A DNA stretch of 64,000 nt. Source: a virus. Taxonomy: Duplodnaviria; Heunggongvirae; Uroviricota; Caudoviricetes. Location: the IMG/VR virus record IMGVR_UViG_3300021140_000485; one strand, written 5' to 3'. The position numbers and the translations under genes are program-made. This document shows positions 8,391-17,590 of the stretch, piece after piece; the first letter of the stretch is position 1; every line of letters starts with the position of its first letter. Below the pieces are notes generated by a model. That model was not told the DNA's origin and searched no databases. It saw only the letters and a list, made by a program, of their open reading frames with translations.

Positions 8391-8789
8391 TTAAAAATGG
8401 TTCCTATAAAAATAAATTATGTCAGGAAACCTCTCAAATATCTTTGCCGTGACATCACATAACCACAGGTCTAAATTATAATCTATCGAGTAAATTGATG
8501 GTAACACATACCAAGCACCACCAATTTCTTTTTTACCGTCTTTAGTCTTAATCAAAGTGTATGATGCTTTCATTTTCTCATCCGACAAGGTACACTTGAA
8601 CTCACTATCACCTTGAGCAATTAATTCACAGAGATAGTCAGCACCTGATATCATCTCGAGTTCGTCAATATCACCTTCCCATTTGGGAATGTCCACAAAC
8701 CATCTGCTTTCAGGGGTTTTATAAAATCTATATGTTACTTCCATATTCTTGAGATTTGTTTTCTCAGAGGGGTTTTTATAATTATACAT
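8391..8789 (-). CDS. Hypothetical protein.
   Basis: 132-aa ORF. Confidence 0.5.
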   Translation of the reverse strand: MYNYKNPSEKTNLKNMEVTYRFYKTPESRWFVDIPKWEGDIDELEMISGADYLCELIAQGDSEFKCTLSDEKMKASYTLIKTKDGKKEIGGAWYVLPSIYSIDYNLDLWLCDVTAKIFERFPDIIYFYRNHF

Positions 8790-8866
8790 TATTAAAAAAA
8801 AAGTTTCAACTTGTTTGGGTAGATTAAACGGTAAAAACTTATATTTGTGGGTATTTATCTTTAACT

Positions 8867-9760
8867 ATGAGTGATTACAGACAATATATTACGGAATCCG
8901 TAAATTTGCGTGACTATTTAACAGATTCTGATTACGAGATTATATTTTATGATATGTTGAGGGATTTTGCCTTCGAGAGAAATCCAAAGTTATCTCGTAG
9001 AATCAATATGTCATATCTAATGACTAATTTTTTAGATAGTTTTATTAAACACTATAATTTGGATAAGAATAAAACACGTTATAGTCCAAGAGGTATTCCT
9101 GCAATTTATGGTCGTGAACTTTATGACGCAGGTTTATATGAAGTATCAATTTATTCACCTGAGAAAAAATTTACAGACACGTTCAAAAGATATTTAAATT
9201 GGTCAATATCAAAAATGAATATACCTAAAGAAGTTAATTACACCGTAACTGAAGAAATACCTAATAATGTAGAATTCCGTACATTTATAAATTATGAAGA
9301 TATTGTTAAATCAGGCCAAGTAAATCCCGAAATTTTAAAATACACGTCTCGTTCATATTCATCTCCATTTAACAAATTAGTTAGTGACTTGAAGTCTGAG
9401 CTAAACCTAAAGAAGGGTAACCCAACTGAAGGAGGTATACAATTTAACGTATACGAAACAGAATATACTGGCCGTCAGGAGTGGACTCAAAAATTCCTTA
9501 AACAACTTAGAAAATTTGTCAAGTCAAACGAGTTTTTAAAAGACAAGGTTAAAGCAATTAAACTAAAAGAAAACAACTACAGAATGGACCTCGACATAAT
9601 TTTAAATAACCCTGACCAATACACATCTTGGCATAGTCGTAGTGAAAATAGAGAAAAATTACAAAATATTTTCACCGTTATTAAAGATTACATTGAAGGT
9701 GAAGGATATAGTTTATCAGTATTTGAAATAGATTCACCTACTATGAGAAAACACTTTTAA
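8867..9760 (+). CDS. Hypothetical protein. Its N-terminus carries 'YITES'.
   Basis: 297-aa ORF, followed by a bidirectional terminator. Confidence 0.55.
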   Translation: MSDYRQYITESVNLRDYLTDSDYEIIFYDMLRDFAFERNPKLSRRINMSYLMTNFLDSFIKHYNLDKNKTRYSPRGIPAIYGRELYDAGLYEVSIYSPEKKFTDTFKRYLNWSISKMNIPKEVNYTVTEEIPNNVEFRTFINYEDIVKSGQVNPEILKYTSRSYSSPFNKLVSDLKSELNLKKGNPTEGGIQFNVYETEYTGRQEWTQKFLKQLRKFVKSNEFLKDKVKAIKLKENNYRMDLDIILNNPDQYTSWHSRSENREKLQNIFTVIKDYIEGEGYSLSVFEIDSPTMRKHF

Positions 9761-9762
9761 AT

Positions 9763-9795
9763 AAAAACCCCCACTTTAAGTGAGGGTTTTTTGTT
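9763..9795. terminator. Bidirectional intrinsic terminator of the conserved family ('AAAAACCCCCAC-tttaa-GTGAGGGTTTTTT').
   Basis: Lies between convergent genes, with U-runs on both strands. Confidence 0.7.
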
Positions 9796-10017
9796 TTACC
9801 AAGATTCAACATCAGTTAAATCAATTTCAACCTTAGCCAGGTGACTATAAACCACAAGACCATTTCCAATTCCTGTTGGAGTTATTTTCCAAGTGAATGT
9901 ACCATATTCTCCATAAATCGCTTTAATGTGTGATAACCATTCGTCATACATTTCCTGTTGTTTCTCATTAAGTTCCTCGTGAATTACAGTTTTTCTTATT
10001 TTATTCTCTTCCATCAC
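9796..10017 (-). CDS. Hypothetical protein.
   Basis: 73-aa ORF, 4-nt overlap with the RNA ligase gene. Confidence 0.45.
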   Translation of the reverse strand: MMEENKIRKTVIHEELNEKQQEMYDEWLSHIKAIYGEYGTFTWKITPTGIGNGLVVYSHLAKVEIDLTDVESW

Positions 10018-11027
10018 TTCTCGTTTAATAAGAATTTATTACTGATTGCTTTGAAACTTATTTTGGTATCGTAAGACCTAACCACAACACCTTCACGTTC
10101 AGTATTCCTGTTTAATACGGAACTACCTTCAGCATATTTTAACATACCTTCAACAGAATTTGGTAACAAGAAGTCCATCTCCAAGAAAGGAACATAATCA
10201 AAACCACAATTCTCCATAAGGTCAACAAACTTTGGCATAGTATATCTAACACCATTATCAATGTCAAAGGCGTTGAAGAACTTTACCATCTGACCTTTAA
10301 TTTTGTATGGGTTACCCTGAATACCTTCACCAATTAATTCACCTTGTAAACAAACGTTTTTGCCCAATGAACTTAACTTTTCTTCTATGTTCATTTCACG
10401 AGCAACTTTCCAAAAAGTATTACCTTCAGTTTCTAAAAGTTCCAAATTACGAGAACAAACACCAAACTCACCTTTTCTAAAGTAGAATGTTGCAGATGAA
10501 CCATCCAACTTTTCAGTTACGTAAAATTTGTGTTCACTCCTGTAACACATCGCAGAGTATTCAACAGAGATGTTCTGAACCCTTTCCTCATCAGTTTTGT
10601 GTAAGAACGATGGGAACGGACCTTTGACTTTACCAGCAAGTTCTGCGGGGATTGGTGGTTCGTATTTAACGATACCCAATCTCTCGGTAACATCAAGACC
10701 CTCATAAGCTGTCCAACCAAAGTCCCCGAAGACACTCATAGGTAAGATTAAACCTTGTGAAACTTGTCCACGAAGTTTAATGGTTTTTAAACGGAAACCT
10801 TCTTGGTCACCCATTTTTTTGTAAGACGATTTACGCAAGAACTCGAAATCTTCTTTGATTGGTAGGAATGAATCAATCTCACAGTATACACACAAGTCAC
10901 CAGGTTCGTATTCACCTTTCTTGGTAACAACCTTCCAACCTCCTACAACGGCAACTTCAATCGCATCGGCTCCGACGATTTCTTGGATGTCAGTAACTTT
11001 TCTAATAGACGCTAATTTTCTTTCCAT
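10014..11027 (-). CDS. ATP-dependent RNA ligase, DraRnl/Rnl5-like (N-terminal OB-like domain plus nucleotidyltransferase).
   Basis: Adenylation motif I 'TEKLDGSS' (KxDG) and covalent nucleotidyltransferase motifs are present. The N-terminus 'GADAIEVAVVGGWKVVTKKGEY' resembles DraRnl. Confidence 0.75.
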   Translation of the reverse strand: MERKLASIRKVTDIQEIVGADAIEVAVVGGWKVVTKKGEYEPGDLCVYCEIDSFLPIKEDFEFLRKSSYKKMGDQEGFRLKTIKLRGQVSQGLILPMSVFGDFGWTAYEGLDVTERLGIVKYEPPIPAELAGKVKGPFPSFLHKTDEERVQNISVEYSAMCYRSEHKFYVTEKLDGSSATFYFRKGEFGVCSRNLELLETEGNTFWKVAREMNIEEKLSSLGKNVCLQGELIGEGIQGNPYKIKGQMVKFFNAFDIDNGVRYTMPKFVDLMENCGFDYVPFLEMDFLLPNSVEGMLKYAEGSSVLNRNTEREGVVVRSYDTKISFKAISNKFLLNEK

Positions 11028-11053
11028 ATGTTTTTTTTACAAACATACGGATT

Positions 11054-11743
11054 TTATCTGATTTTACCAACACTAAACCCGTCGCTATCTACAACAATCC
11101 CTGTTCTTTTGAAGAAATTTTCATAGAAGTAGTCATTTAATTCATCTTGTATCTCCATACTAACTTCCCATCCAATCTCCTCATCATTAACAACATCTTT
11201 CAAATTTCTAGGTTCATAGTCACCTGTCATAACTAAACTAACAGTACCATCTACGATTGCCCAAAAATCAATTCGTTTTAAATCTTCATTTACGTGGTAG
11301 TTTTTTATTTTGAAGTCAAAGTTGTATCCACCACTTTCTACGTGATGTTTTGATAACAAAAAGTCTAAATTATTTTTAATTATATTATCAAAACCACCCA
11401 ACACATTTCTAATTAAAATATGACGAGCTTTTTCAAGAGTCATCCCATTTTTACCAATAAAAAACTCTTTGAATGTGTCATCCAATAAAGGTCGTTTAGT
11501 TAAAACTCTTTTAACAGTCTCATCGAATGATGTGTCTTCATTGATTGGATTTGGTTGGTTATCGTGCCAACACTTATGACAAATGTATGTGTCATCACCA
11601 CCTTCAGATATCTTCCAAGACCACCCACAATTATCACATATAACCTCACCATTCTCAACTTTTTCGGTAAGTAATGTCATAACTTGTTTTATACGTGAAA
11701 TGTCTTCAGATAGTCTCATATTAATAAATATCCCTATCACCAA
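11054..11743 (-). CDS. Zinc-ribbon protein with the leader 'MRLSEDISRIKQVMTLLTEK'. The likely start is the internal Met at 11719.
   Basis: CxxC...CxxC ('CDNCGW...ICHKCW'). Confidence 0.55.
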   Translation of the reverse strand: MVIGIFINMRLSEDISRIKQVMTLLTEKVENGEVICDNCGWSWKISEGGDDTYICHKCWHDNQPNPINEDTSFDETVKRVLTKRPLLDDTFKEFFIGKNGMTLEKARHILIRNVLGGFDNIIKNNLDFLLSKHHVESGGYNFDFKIKNYHVNEDLKRIDFWAIVDGTVSLVMTGDYEPRNLKDVVNDEEIGWEVSMEIQDELNDYFYENFFKRTGIVVDSDGFSVGKIR

Positions 11744-12456
11744 TAACCAACATCTTTCTTAAAATGCTCAATGTTGTGTCTGTTAAAATAGTTGCTTATT
11801 ACCAATCTAATCATTCCAAAATACCCCATCTTTAGAAATCTACGATTATCTTGCCCAACATAGTGTTTTGATATTTGGAACTTTTTTGGACTGTATTGTT
11901 TACTGAGATGATAATCTTCTGAGTGTTGGAGTGTTTCATCGAACCCATCTGTACTGAAGAACGCACTACGAGTTGTCATAAAATAAGTCCCTAACGCAAA
12001 CGGAACTTTCTTTTTCATAATGTGATTAATCCTGTTGAAAATCTTAAATATCATTTCACATTTAACATCACCATTTATACACCTAACATTACAAGTCAAC
12101 AAATCAAGGTTGTTATCCTCCATTTGTTTTAACGTGTCTTTTATTTGATTTGGGTTTAATAACGTTGAGTCAGCATCAAGGAATAAAATATATGGTGTAG
12201 TACTTCTCATCGCACCTTGATTTCTCCCGTAAGCTACAGGACCACCATTAATCAACTCAATTTTGATTGTTGGCTCATAATAAGTTTTTAAAGACTTAAC
12301 TAAGTCTCTTGTACCATCGGTGCTCTTAGCGTCTGCGACAATAACTTTAGTTCCCCAAATCCCATTTTGTGAAGCGATACTTGTAATTGTAGCATCAATA
12401 TACTTCCATTCATTATAGGATGGTATCACAATTGTTAGTTTATCTTTAATACTCAT
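11737..12456 (-). CDS. Family-2 glycosyltransferase.
   Basis: 'LTIVIPSYNE', 'VIVADAKSTDGT' and 'LFLDADS' (DxD) are GT-A fold motifs. Confidence 0.8.
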   Translation of the reverse strand: MSIKDKLTIVIPSYNEWKYIDATITSIASQNGIWGTKVIVADAKSTDGTRDLVKSLKTYYEPTIKIELINGGPVAYGRNQGAMRSTTPYILFLDADSTLLNPNQIKDTLKQMEDNNLDLLTCNVRCINGDVKCEMIFKIFNRINHIMKKKVPFALGTYFMTTRSAFFSTDGFDETLQHSEDYHLSKQYSPKKFQISKHYVGQDNRRFLKMGYFGMIRLVISNYFNRHNIEHFKKDVGYW

Positions 12457-13135
12457 TCAATTCAAATTTTCCGTTATTATAAATAATGTAGGATTTGTTT
12501 TCAATCCAATCACCACAGTTAAGATAATGAACATCACTCACCATCTTATCAGATGGTTGATGTATGTGTCCACAAATCACTGTATCACATCCTCTTTTTT
12601 TCGCTTGGTAAGCCAATTGTTTCTCAAAGGATGTCATAAATTGTACCGCCTCTTTAACACTGTCTTTAAGGTATTTAGATAATGAAAACTTCATACCCAT
12701 ACCTTTTAGTTTTCTATCGACATAAATTGCTAAGTCATATCCCATTGAACCGATAACACCTAACCATTTCCACTTGACAACACCGTCATATAAATCACCG
12801 TGTGTTACAAAAACATTTTCACCAAACTTATATTCGTTGACGATTTTTATGTTACCGAAATCAATATCATCATACGACCTTAAGAAGTCATCGTGATTAC
12901 CTGATACGTAAATAACCTCAGTCCCATTCTTTGAGTAAGATAATATCTTTCTAATCACGTTTGTGTATGATTGTTTCCAATAAAATCTTTTTTTAAGTAA
13001 CCATCCATCTATAATGTCCCCCACCAAAAAAAGATATTTTGGTTCATACTTTTTAAGGACTTCAATTAGTTCTTCAGCGTTTACTCCTCGAGCACCCAAG
13101 TGAACATCTGAGATAAACAACGCATCAATTTTCAT
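12446..13135 (-). CDS. Calcineurin-like metallophosphoesterase (LpxH-like pyrophosphatase architecture).
   Basis: 'ISDVHLG' and 'LVGDIIDGW', plus later GNHD/GH motifs. Confidence 0.7.
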   Translation of the reverse strand: MKIDALFISDVHLGARGVNAEELIEVLKKYEPKYLFLVGDIIDGWLLKKRFYWKQSYTNVIRKILSYSKNGTEVIYVSGNHDDFLRSYDDIDFGNIKIVNEYKFGENVFVTHGDLYDGVVKWKWLGVIGSMGYDLAIYVDRKLKGMGMKFSLSKYLKDSVKEAVQFMTSFEKQLAYQAKKRGCDTVICGHIHQPSDKMVSDVHYLNCGDWIENKSYIIYNNGKFELNEY

Positions 13136-13352
13136 ATAACATTTTCATATATTTTTGTTTAATACCAATAGCTCTCTTTTTGTCAGAAAAGCTAACTTGG
13201 TTCGTCGATACGATACTTATAAAATCTTCAACATCACTGTCTTCAATATTTTCAAATATGAACGCAAGTTCAGTGTCATTCAGTCCATATGACTTTTTTA
13301 AATATTCATCAACAAGGTCGAAAAAAAACTGACTATCTTCTTGACTAACCAT
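13125..13352 (-). CDS. Hypothetical small acidic protein.
   Basis: 75-aa ORF. Confidence 0.4.
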   Translation of the reverse strand: MVSQEDSQFFFDLVDEYLKKSYGLNDTELAFIFENIEDSDVEDFISIVSTNQVSFSDKKRAIGIKQKYMKMLYEN

Positions 13353-13587
13353 TGAGTAATTCTTTTTCTCGTTTATTCATAATCTCCGACAATTTGTTTT
13401 CATAAACTGTATGAAGTTCAAGGTTACACTGATATTGTAAATCATAATCGACTTTTTTATCTCGACTAAGATTTTTATCGTATAGAGTAATCAGTCTGTT
13501 TGCAGAATGAAGTTGTTTGAAATTTTCACAAGAGTTGATTACTTTAATAACCCAGTTCTTTAAATCTCCGTAGTGATTGCTAATCAT
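13345..13587 (-). CDS. Hypothetical small protein.
   Basis: 80-aa ORF. Confidence 0.4.
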   Translation of the reverse strand: MISNHYGDLKNWVIKVINSCENFKQLHSANRLITLYDKNLSRDKKVDYDLQYQCNLELHTVYENKLSEIMNKREKELLNG

Positions 13588-13677
13588 ATTAGTATAAATA
13601 TTAAAATTGTTAGTGGTTCCAGTAAATTAACGTAAGGGTAATATTGAATCATCTTACCTTCTATATGTCCAATCATA

Positions 13678-13953
13678 TCATAAGTTGTTTAAAACCGCCT
13701 CCAACATTTGGATGGCTTCTTTATCCTTCTTGGTCTTAACTTCTTTACTCTTGAGGTATTCCAAAGACGCAATAACCTCATCCTTCTTACTCATATTGGT
13801 ATTCGCCGGCAGGTTATGAGTGTGTCCCATAACCGAACTGTAGGTGCGTTCAGGTAGGTCACCACCTTCATAAAGAACTTTATAAATTGTTGCAGTCATC
13901 ACAGGGTCCTTGATGATTCTGTTAAGGAAATAAAAGGTAAGTAGTTTCTTCAT
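13678..13953 (-). CDS. Hypothetical small protein.
   Basis: 91-aa ORF. Confidence 0.4.
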   Translation of the reverse strand: MKKLLTFYFLNRIIKDPVMTATIYKVLYEGGDLPERTYSSVMGHTHNLPANTNMSKKDEVIASLEYLKSKEVKTKKDKEAIQMLEAVLNNL

Positions 13954-14154
13954 ATTGCTAAGATAGAAAAAATATTTTGATTAACCAAAATTATTCTTAT
14001 TCCCATCTCCAATTATGTTGGTTCTCCACCAATTGTTAAACTTGGATTTTGGGAATACTCGGGCATTTTTTTCTAACACGACACCCAAAAATGATATCAG
14101 AATAACAAACCCATAAAAAAATAAAATATAAACTAACGCGGTATTATTCATTCA

Positions 14155-14556
14155 TTAAAGTTTAATCTCAAATCTATCTCTCATAGATTGTAATTTATCT
14201 TCAGGAACACCGTGAGCGTTTACTCCACCGTGACGATTTTCTACGATGATTGAAAACACCTTGTAATCCCAATCTTTTGCCATATCAATGTAACTCTGCA
14301 TTTCCCACTCCTGTGTAAATGTATTTGATACAACTATCACATTGTTCAACCCTGCGGTGTGATTTAAAATCATTGCAGTATTAACACTGTGTTGACACCA
14401 CTCGTGGGCGTCTCTCAATTTAGAACCATCGAACTTATATTCACCATTGACCATAAAGTATTGGTCAGTCTCAAAGTGAGTTCCCCCCAAGTTTTTTGCC
14501 AATGTTGATTTACCTGAACCAGGGACACCTCTAACTAAGTATAAAATCTTTTCCAT
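14155..14556 (-). CDS. P-loop NTPase / putative (poly)nucleotide kinase.
   Basis: Walker A 'GVPGSGKST'. 133 aa, AAA_33-like. Confidence 0.65.
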   Translation of the reverse strand: MEKILYLVRGVPGSGKSTLAKNLGGTHFETDQYFMVNGEYKFDGSKLRDAHEWCQHSVNTAMILNHTAGLNNVIVVSNTFTQEWEMQSYIDMAKDWDYKVFSIIVENRHGGVNAHGVPEDKLQSMRDRFEIKL

Positions 14557-14578
14557 AGAACAAATATAATAAAAAAAA

Positions 14579-14608
14579 CCTGAGAAGTCTCAGGTTTTTA
14601 CTTTTTTA
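14579..14608 (-). terminator. Intrinsic terminator (CCTGAGA-ag-TCTCAGG followed by a T-run).
   Basis: Perfect 7-bp stem, immediately 3' of the small ORF at 14598..14714 on the minus strand. Confidence 0.6.
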
Positions 14609-14714
14609 CTAATTTCTTAGCCTCTTCTATCATCGCCTCAGTACTGCTGTACTTACACGGACAAGAAGGTCTACCGTTCTCTTTCAAGATTTGTTTTGCC
14701 TGTTCAAGTGTCAT
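14598..14714 (-). CDS. Small protein (38 aa) 'MTLEQAKQILKENGRPSCPCKYSSTEAMIEEAKKLVKK'.
   Basis: Manual translation. Ends at the terminator. Low support. Confidence 0.3.
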   Translation of the reverse strand: MTLEQAKQILKENGRPSCPCKYSSTEAMIEEAKKLVKK

Positions 14715-14847
14715 AACTGTTTCCTTTTAGTTCTTTTATGTATCGATTAATAATATCGTTGTTATTACTAATTCTGTCAAGGGTTTTTTTAACATTTACC
14801 CTGTTTCTTTTTGGTTTCCCCTCTTTTCTTGCCTTTGCCATACTCAT
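14704..14847 (-). CDS. Small basic protein (47 aa) 'MSMAKARKEGKPKRNRVNVKK...'.
   Basis: Manual translation. It overlaps the following small ORF via an ATGA start/stop-type junction. Confidence 0.3.
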   Translation of the reverse strand: MSMAKARKEGKPKRNRVNVKKTLDRISNNNDIINRYIKELKGNSYDT

Positions 14848-14868
14848 AAATATGTTAAAAACAAAAAA

Positions 14869-14896
14869 CCCCACCGTTAAGTGGGGTTCAAGATTA
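14869..14896 (-). terminator. Intrinsic terminator (CCCCAC-cgttaa-GTGGGG, a perfect stem) with a U-run on the minus strand.
   Basis: Lies at the 3' end of the cyclophilin gene. Confidence 0.65.
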
Positions 14897-15343
14897 AATC
14901 AATTCCATAGAATTGATTTGGTCACCTTGTTGGAGTTGGTCAATGATATCAACACCTTCAACAATCTTCCCAAAACAGGTATGATTACCGTCCAAGTGTT
15001 GGGTGTTCTGTCTATTGTGACAGATAAAGAACTGTGAACCTCCTGTGTTACGACCAGCGTGTGCCATTGAAAGAACACCTTTATCGTGGAATTGTTTTGG
15101 CGCTGTTACTTCACATTGGATTGTGTATCCAGGTCCTCCATTTCCAACACCGTTAGGACAACCACCTTGGGCAACAAATCCAGGAATCACTCTATGGAAA
15201 TTAAGTCCGTCATAGAATTTCTTGTTAATCAAACTCTTAAAGTTTTCTACCGTGATTGGAGTTTCGTTGTCATACAACTCCGCAATCATATCACCTTTTG
15301 CTGTTGAGATTTTTACTTTACTCATATATCTTGTTTTTAACAA
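14894..15343 (-). CDS. Cyclophilin-type peptidyl-prolyl cis-trans isomerase.
   Basis: 'FHRVIPGFVAQGG' and 'GGSQFFIC' are cyclophilin signatures. Confidence 0.85.
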   Translation of the reverse strand: MLKTRYMSKVKISTAKGDMIAELYDNETPITVENFKSLINKKFYDGLNFHRVIPGFVAQGGCPNGVGNGGPGYTIQCEVTAPKQFHDKGVLSMAHAGRNTGGSQFFICHNRQNTQHLDGNHTCFGKIVEGVDIIDQLQQGDQINSMELI

Positions 15344-15359
15344 TGATAACTAAAAAATA

Positions 15360-16202
15360 TTAGTGTATCAAGACCTTCTCGGTTTTACCATTATCATAAA
15401 GATAAATTATAATTTCTTCTTTACGAACATTATAAACAGGTCGACCCATCATGTCATACATCCCAATTACTTTTGGTTCAGGTTTGGTAAATGTAATCAC
15501 ACTTGAAAGATTAGAACGCTTACAAACATCTAATTTCCTAAACATGAATGTGTCCTGACTAACACATTTGTTCCACCATTGAGCAACTACTAATACACGA
15601 CCAGTGTCTTTAAATACAAAGTTAAAAAGCCTTGTATCACCATAACCTAAGAAGTCCGCATCTGGAAAATCATATTCCATTCCAATTTGGTAATCACTAA
15701 GTGAGTCCCACTCACTTTGAGTCATTTTAGCCATCCAAGGTCCTGAGTAGAACATTAAGTAGTAGCTCATACAAGTATCTTTTAATGGGTAACCTTTAAT
15801 AGTGCTCATTTCAAATTTATACTGCTTACAACTATTTGGATACACATTCGAACTTACAGTAGCGCCTGGAAACTTAATAATTTCTAAAGGTCGGTAGATG
15901 GCCGTATCACATTTTGTACACCTGTTCCAAACCTTCAAATACATTTTATATTTACCTTTAACATTAAATTGAACTTGAATCAACCCCCTATTATCTCTAA
16001 TAGTATCAGTCTTTTTGGTTTGGAAGTCGTAAACCATAAACATATAATCAACACAAGTGTCATCAAGTACTTGACCACTCACATACCATTTGTAAAGATT
16101 ACGTTGATTTGATTGTTGGAGTTTTAGTGTGCTCCAATCACATTTTGCGTTCGCTGTTGCTAAGGAGACCAAAAGCATTAAAAGCGTAAATAGTTTTTTC
16201 AT
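15360..16202 (-). CDS. Secreted hypothetical protein (signal peptide 'MKKLFTLLMLLVSLATANA').
   Basis: Sec-type signal. Cys/Trp/Tyr-rich 280-aa mature part. Confidence 0.6.
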   Translation of the reverse strand: MKKLFTLLMLLVSLATANAKCDWSTLKLQQSNQRNLYKWYVSGQVLDDTCVDYMFMVYDFQTKKTDTIRDNRGLIQVQFNVKGKYKMYLKVWNRCTKCDTAIYRPLEIIKFPGATVSSNVYPNSCKQYKFEMSTIKGYPLKDTCMSYYLMFYSGPWMAKMTQSEWDSLSDYQIGMEYDFPDADFLGYGDTRLFNFVFKDTGRVLVVAQWWNKCVSQDTFMFRKLDVCKRSNLSSVITFTKPEPKVIGMYDMMGRPVYNVRKEEIIIYLYDNGKTEKVLIH

Positions 16203-16250
16203 AATTTCAAATATAGAACATATATTTCAGAATATTGTCATCATAAAGTA

Positions 16251-16278
16251 AAAACCCCCACCGATTGGTGAGGGTTTC
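16251..16278 (-). terminator. Conserved-family terminator ('AAAACCCCCAC-cgattg-GTGAGGGTTT').
   Basis: Lies at the 3' end of the SPFH gene, with a minus-strand U-run. Confidence 0.6.
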
Positions 16279-16282
16279 AAAG

Positions 16283-17137
16283 TTACTTAATCCCATACAT
16301 TAGATTGGTTCCATTTCCCAGGACCGTGGACGGTACGTTACCTTTCCACTTCTCAATCCATTGTTGTTGAATCAACATAGGAGTTAGTGTTTGTTGTCGT
16401 AGTCGGTTTGCTTCCGCTTCAGCCTTAGCTCTTGTTAACATCGCCTGAGCGTTACCTTCAGCAGTTGCCACTTTAATCTTAGCCTCAGCCTCAGCTTGTT
16501 TTACTTTGTTCTCAGCCGTTAAAGCCGCTTGGACCGCGTTATTCTTAGCTTCAATTGCTTTCTTGAATGTTTCAGGGTAAACCAAGTTAGATGTAAACTG
16601 ACTTAGAATAAACCCTTCAGGTTCAAGTTGTTTTACCAAAACACTTCTAACCTTCAACTCAAACAATTCACGGTTTGAAATCAATTCATCCGCAGTGTAT
16701 GAGTTAGCAACAACTCGGAAAGCATCATACACAGCCGTCTTTAGAAATCCACCTTCAATATCACCCAACTCAACACGATACTTTGAAAAAATGTAAGGTA
16801 CTTTTTCACGTTTAACTGAGTAGTTCAACAATGGTGATACGTGAAACTCGGAACCGTCTTTTGAGTTAACAACAAACGACTCATCGATTTCATTCTCCCT
16901 GTCCAACTTATATTCTTTGTGTTGAACGTATGTTGGGAACTCAACAATTTTTGTACTGATTGGGTTATAAAATACCCACCCTGTTACCTCAGTAACATCA
17001 TCAACACCTTTACCATCTCCATAGAGATTTACCTTAACACCTACGTGTCCTGCATCAATACGTTCACATCCTGCGAACATAGTGAAAATTAATACCAAAG
17101 CAATTACGCTTCCCAAAATTTTAGTTAGATTGCTCAT
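16283..17137 (-). CDS. SPFH/band-7 (prohibitin/HflC-like) membrane protein.
   Basis: N-terminal TM segment, then an SPFH core, then a C-terminal Ala/Glu/Lys-rich coiled coil 'AEAEAKIKVATAEGNAQAM...'. Confidence 0.75.
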   Translation of the reverse strand: MSNLTKILGSVIALVLIFTMFAGCERIDAGHVGVKVNLYGDGKGVDDVTEVTGWVFYNPISTKIVEFPTYVQHKEYKLDRENEIDESFVVNSKDGSEFHVSPLLNYSVKREKVPYIFSKYRVELGDIEGGFLKTAVYDAFRVVANSYTADELISNRELFELKVRSVLVKQLEPEGFILSQFTSNLVYPETFKKAIEAKNNAVQAALTAENKVKQAEAEAKIKVATAEGNAQAMLTRAKAEAEANRLRQQTLTPMLIQQQWIEKWKGNVPSTVLGNGTNLMYGIK

Positions 17138-17366
17138 CTTCTTTTTTGTTTGTTTTAAATAAATTAATTAATGAATCCGCAACATTTTTAATTACATAAA
17201 CTCCGCCAATAAAGGTTGCTAATAAAAATGCGAAGCCAATTATTACAAGTGCACTGTCAGGTTTATTCATAAAAATAAATGAATAGTCCATAATTTCCCA
17301 CATCACCAATACAGTGATTACGATTAATGCTAAATGGAATAACGTTTTTATAAGGATATTTTTCAT
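17121..17366 (-). CDS. Small membrane protein.
   Basis: Two hydrophobic helices. Confidence 0.5.
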   Translation of the reverse strand: MKNILIKTLFHLALIVITVLVMWEIMDYSFIFMNKPDSALVIIGFAFLLATFIGGVYVIKNVADSLINLFKTNKKEDEQSN

Positions 17367-17380
17367 ACTCGTTTTTTTAA

Positions 17381-17406
17381 AAAACCCCCCACCGAAGTGA
17401 GGGGTT
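17381..17406 (-). terminator. Conserved-family terminator ('AAAACCCCCCAC-cgaa-GTGAGGGG'). It sits about 185 nt 3' of the stop of gene 17591..18025.
   Basis: Stem plus minus-strand U-run. The intervening 185 nt contains no convincing ORF. Confidence 0.5.
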
Positions 17407-17590
17407 AGTGTGTTGGCTAGGTTTTCTTCAATAAAGGTTTTAATGAGTTTTAAGGTTTGACTCTCTCAGTGATTTTTGAACAGGTGAACAATCTAATTTT
17501 TGAATACTTTAACGTCATCAATTATCTAATGGATAGTAGAGTTTTTATGTAACTAAATCTCCAAAAACACCAACCAAACACAACTTTCTT

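Noticed and set aside
17405-17590. A 22-codon ORF or putative small RNA in the 185-nt gap between gene 17591..18025 and its distant terminator.
   Set aside because: The ORF is too short and unsupported, and no structure is evident. It may simply be a long 3' UTR.
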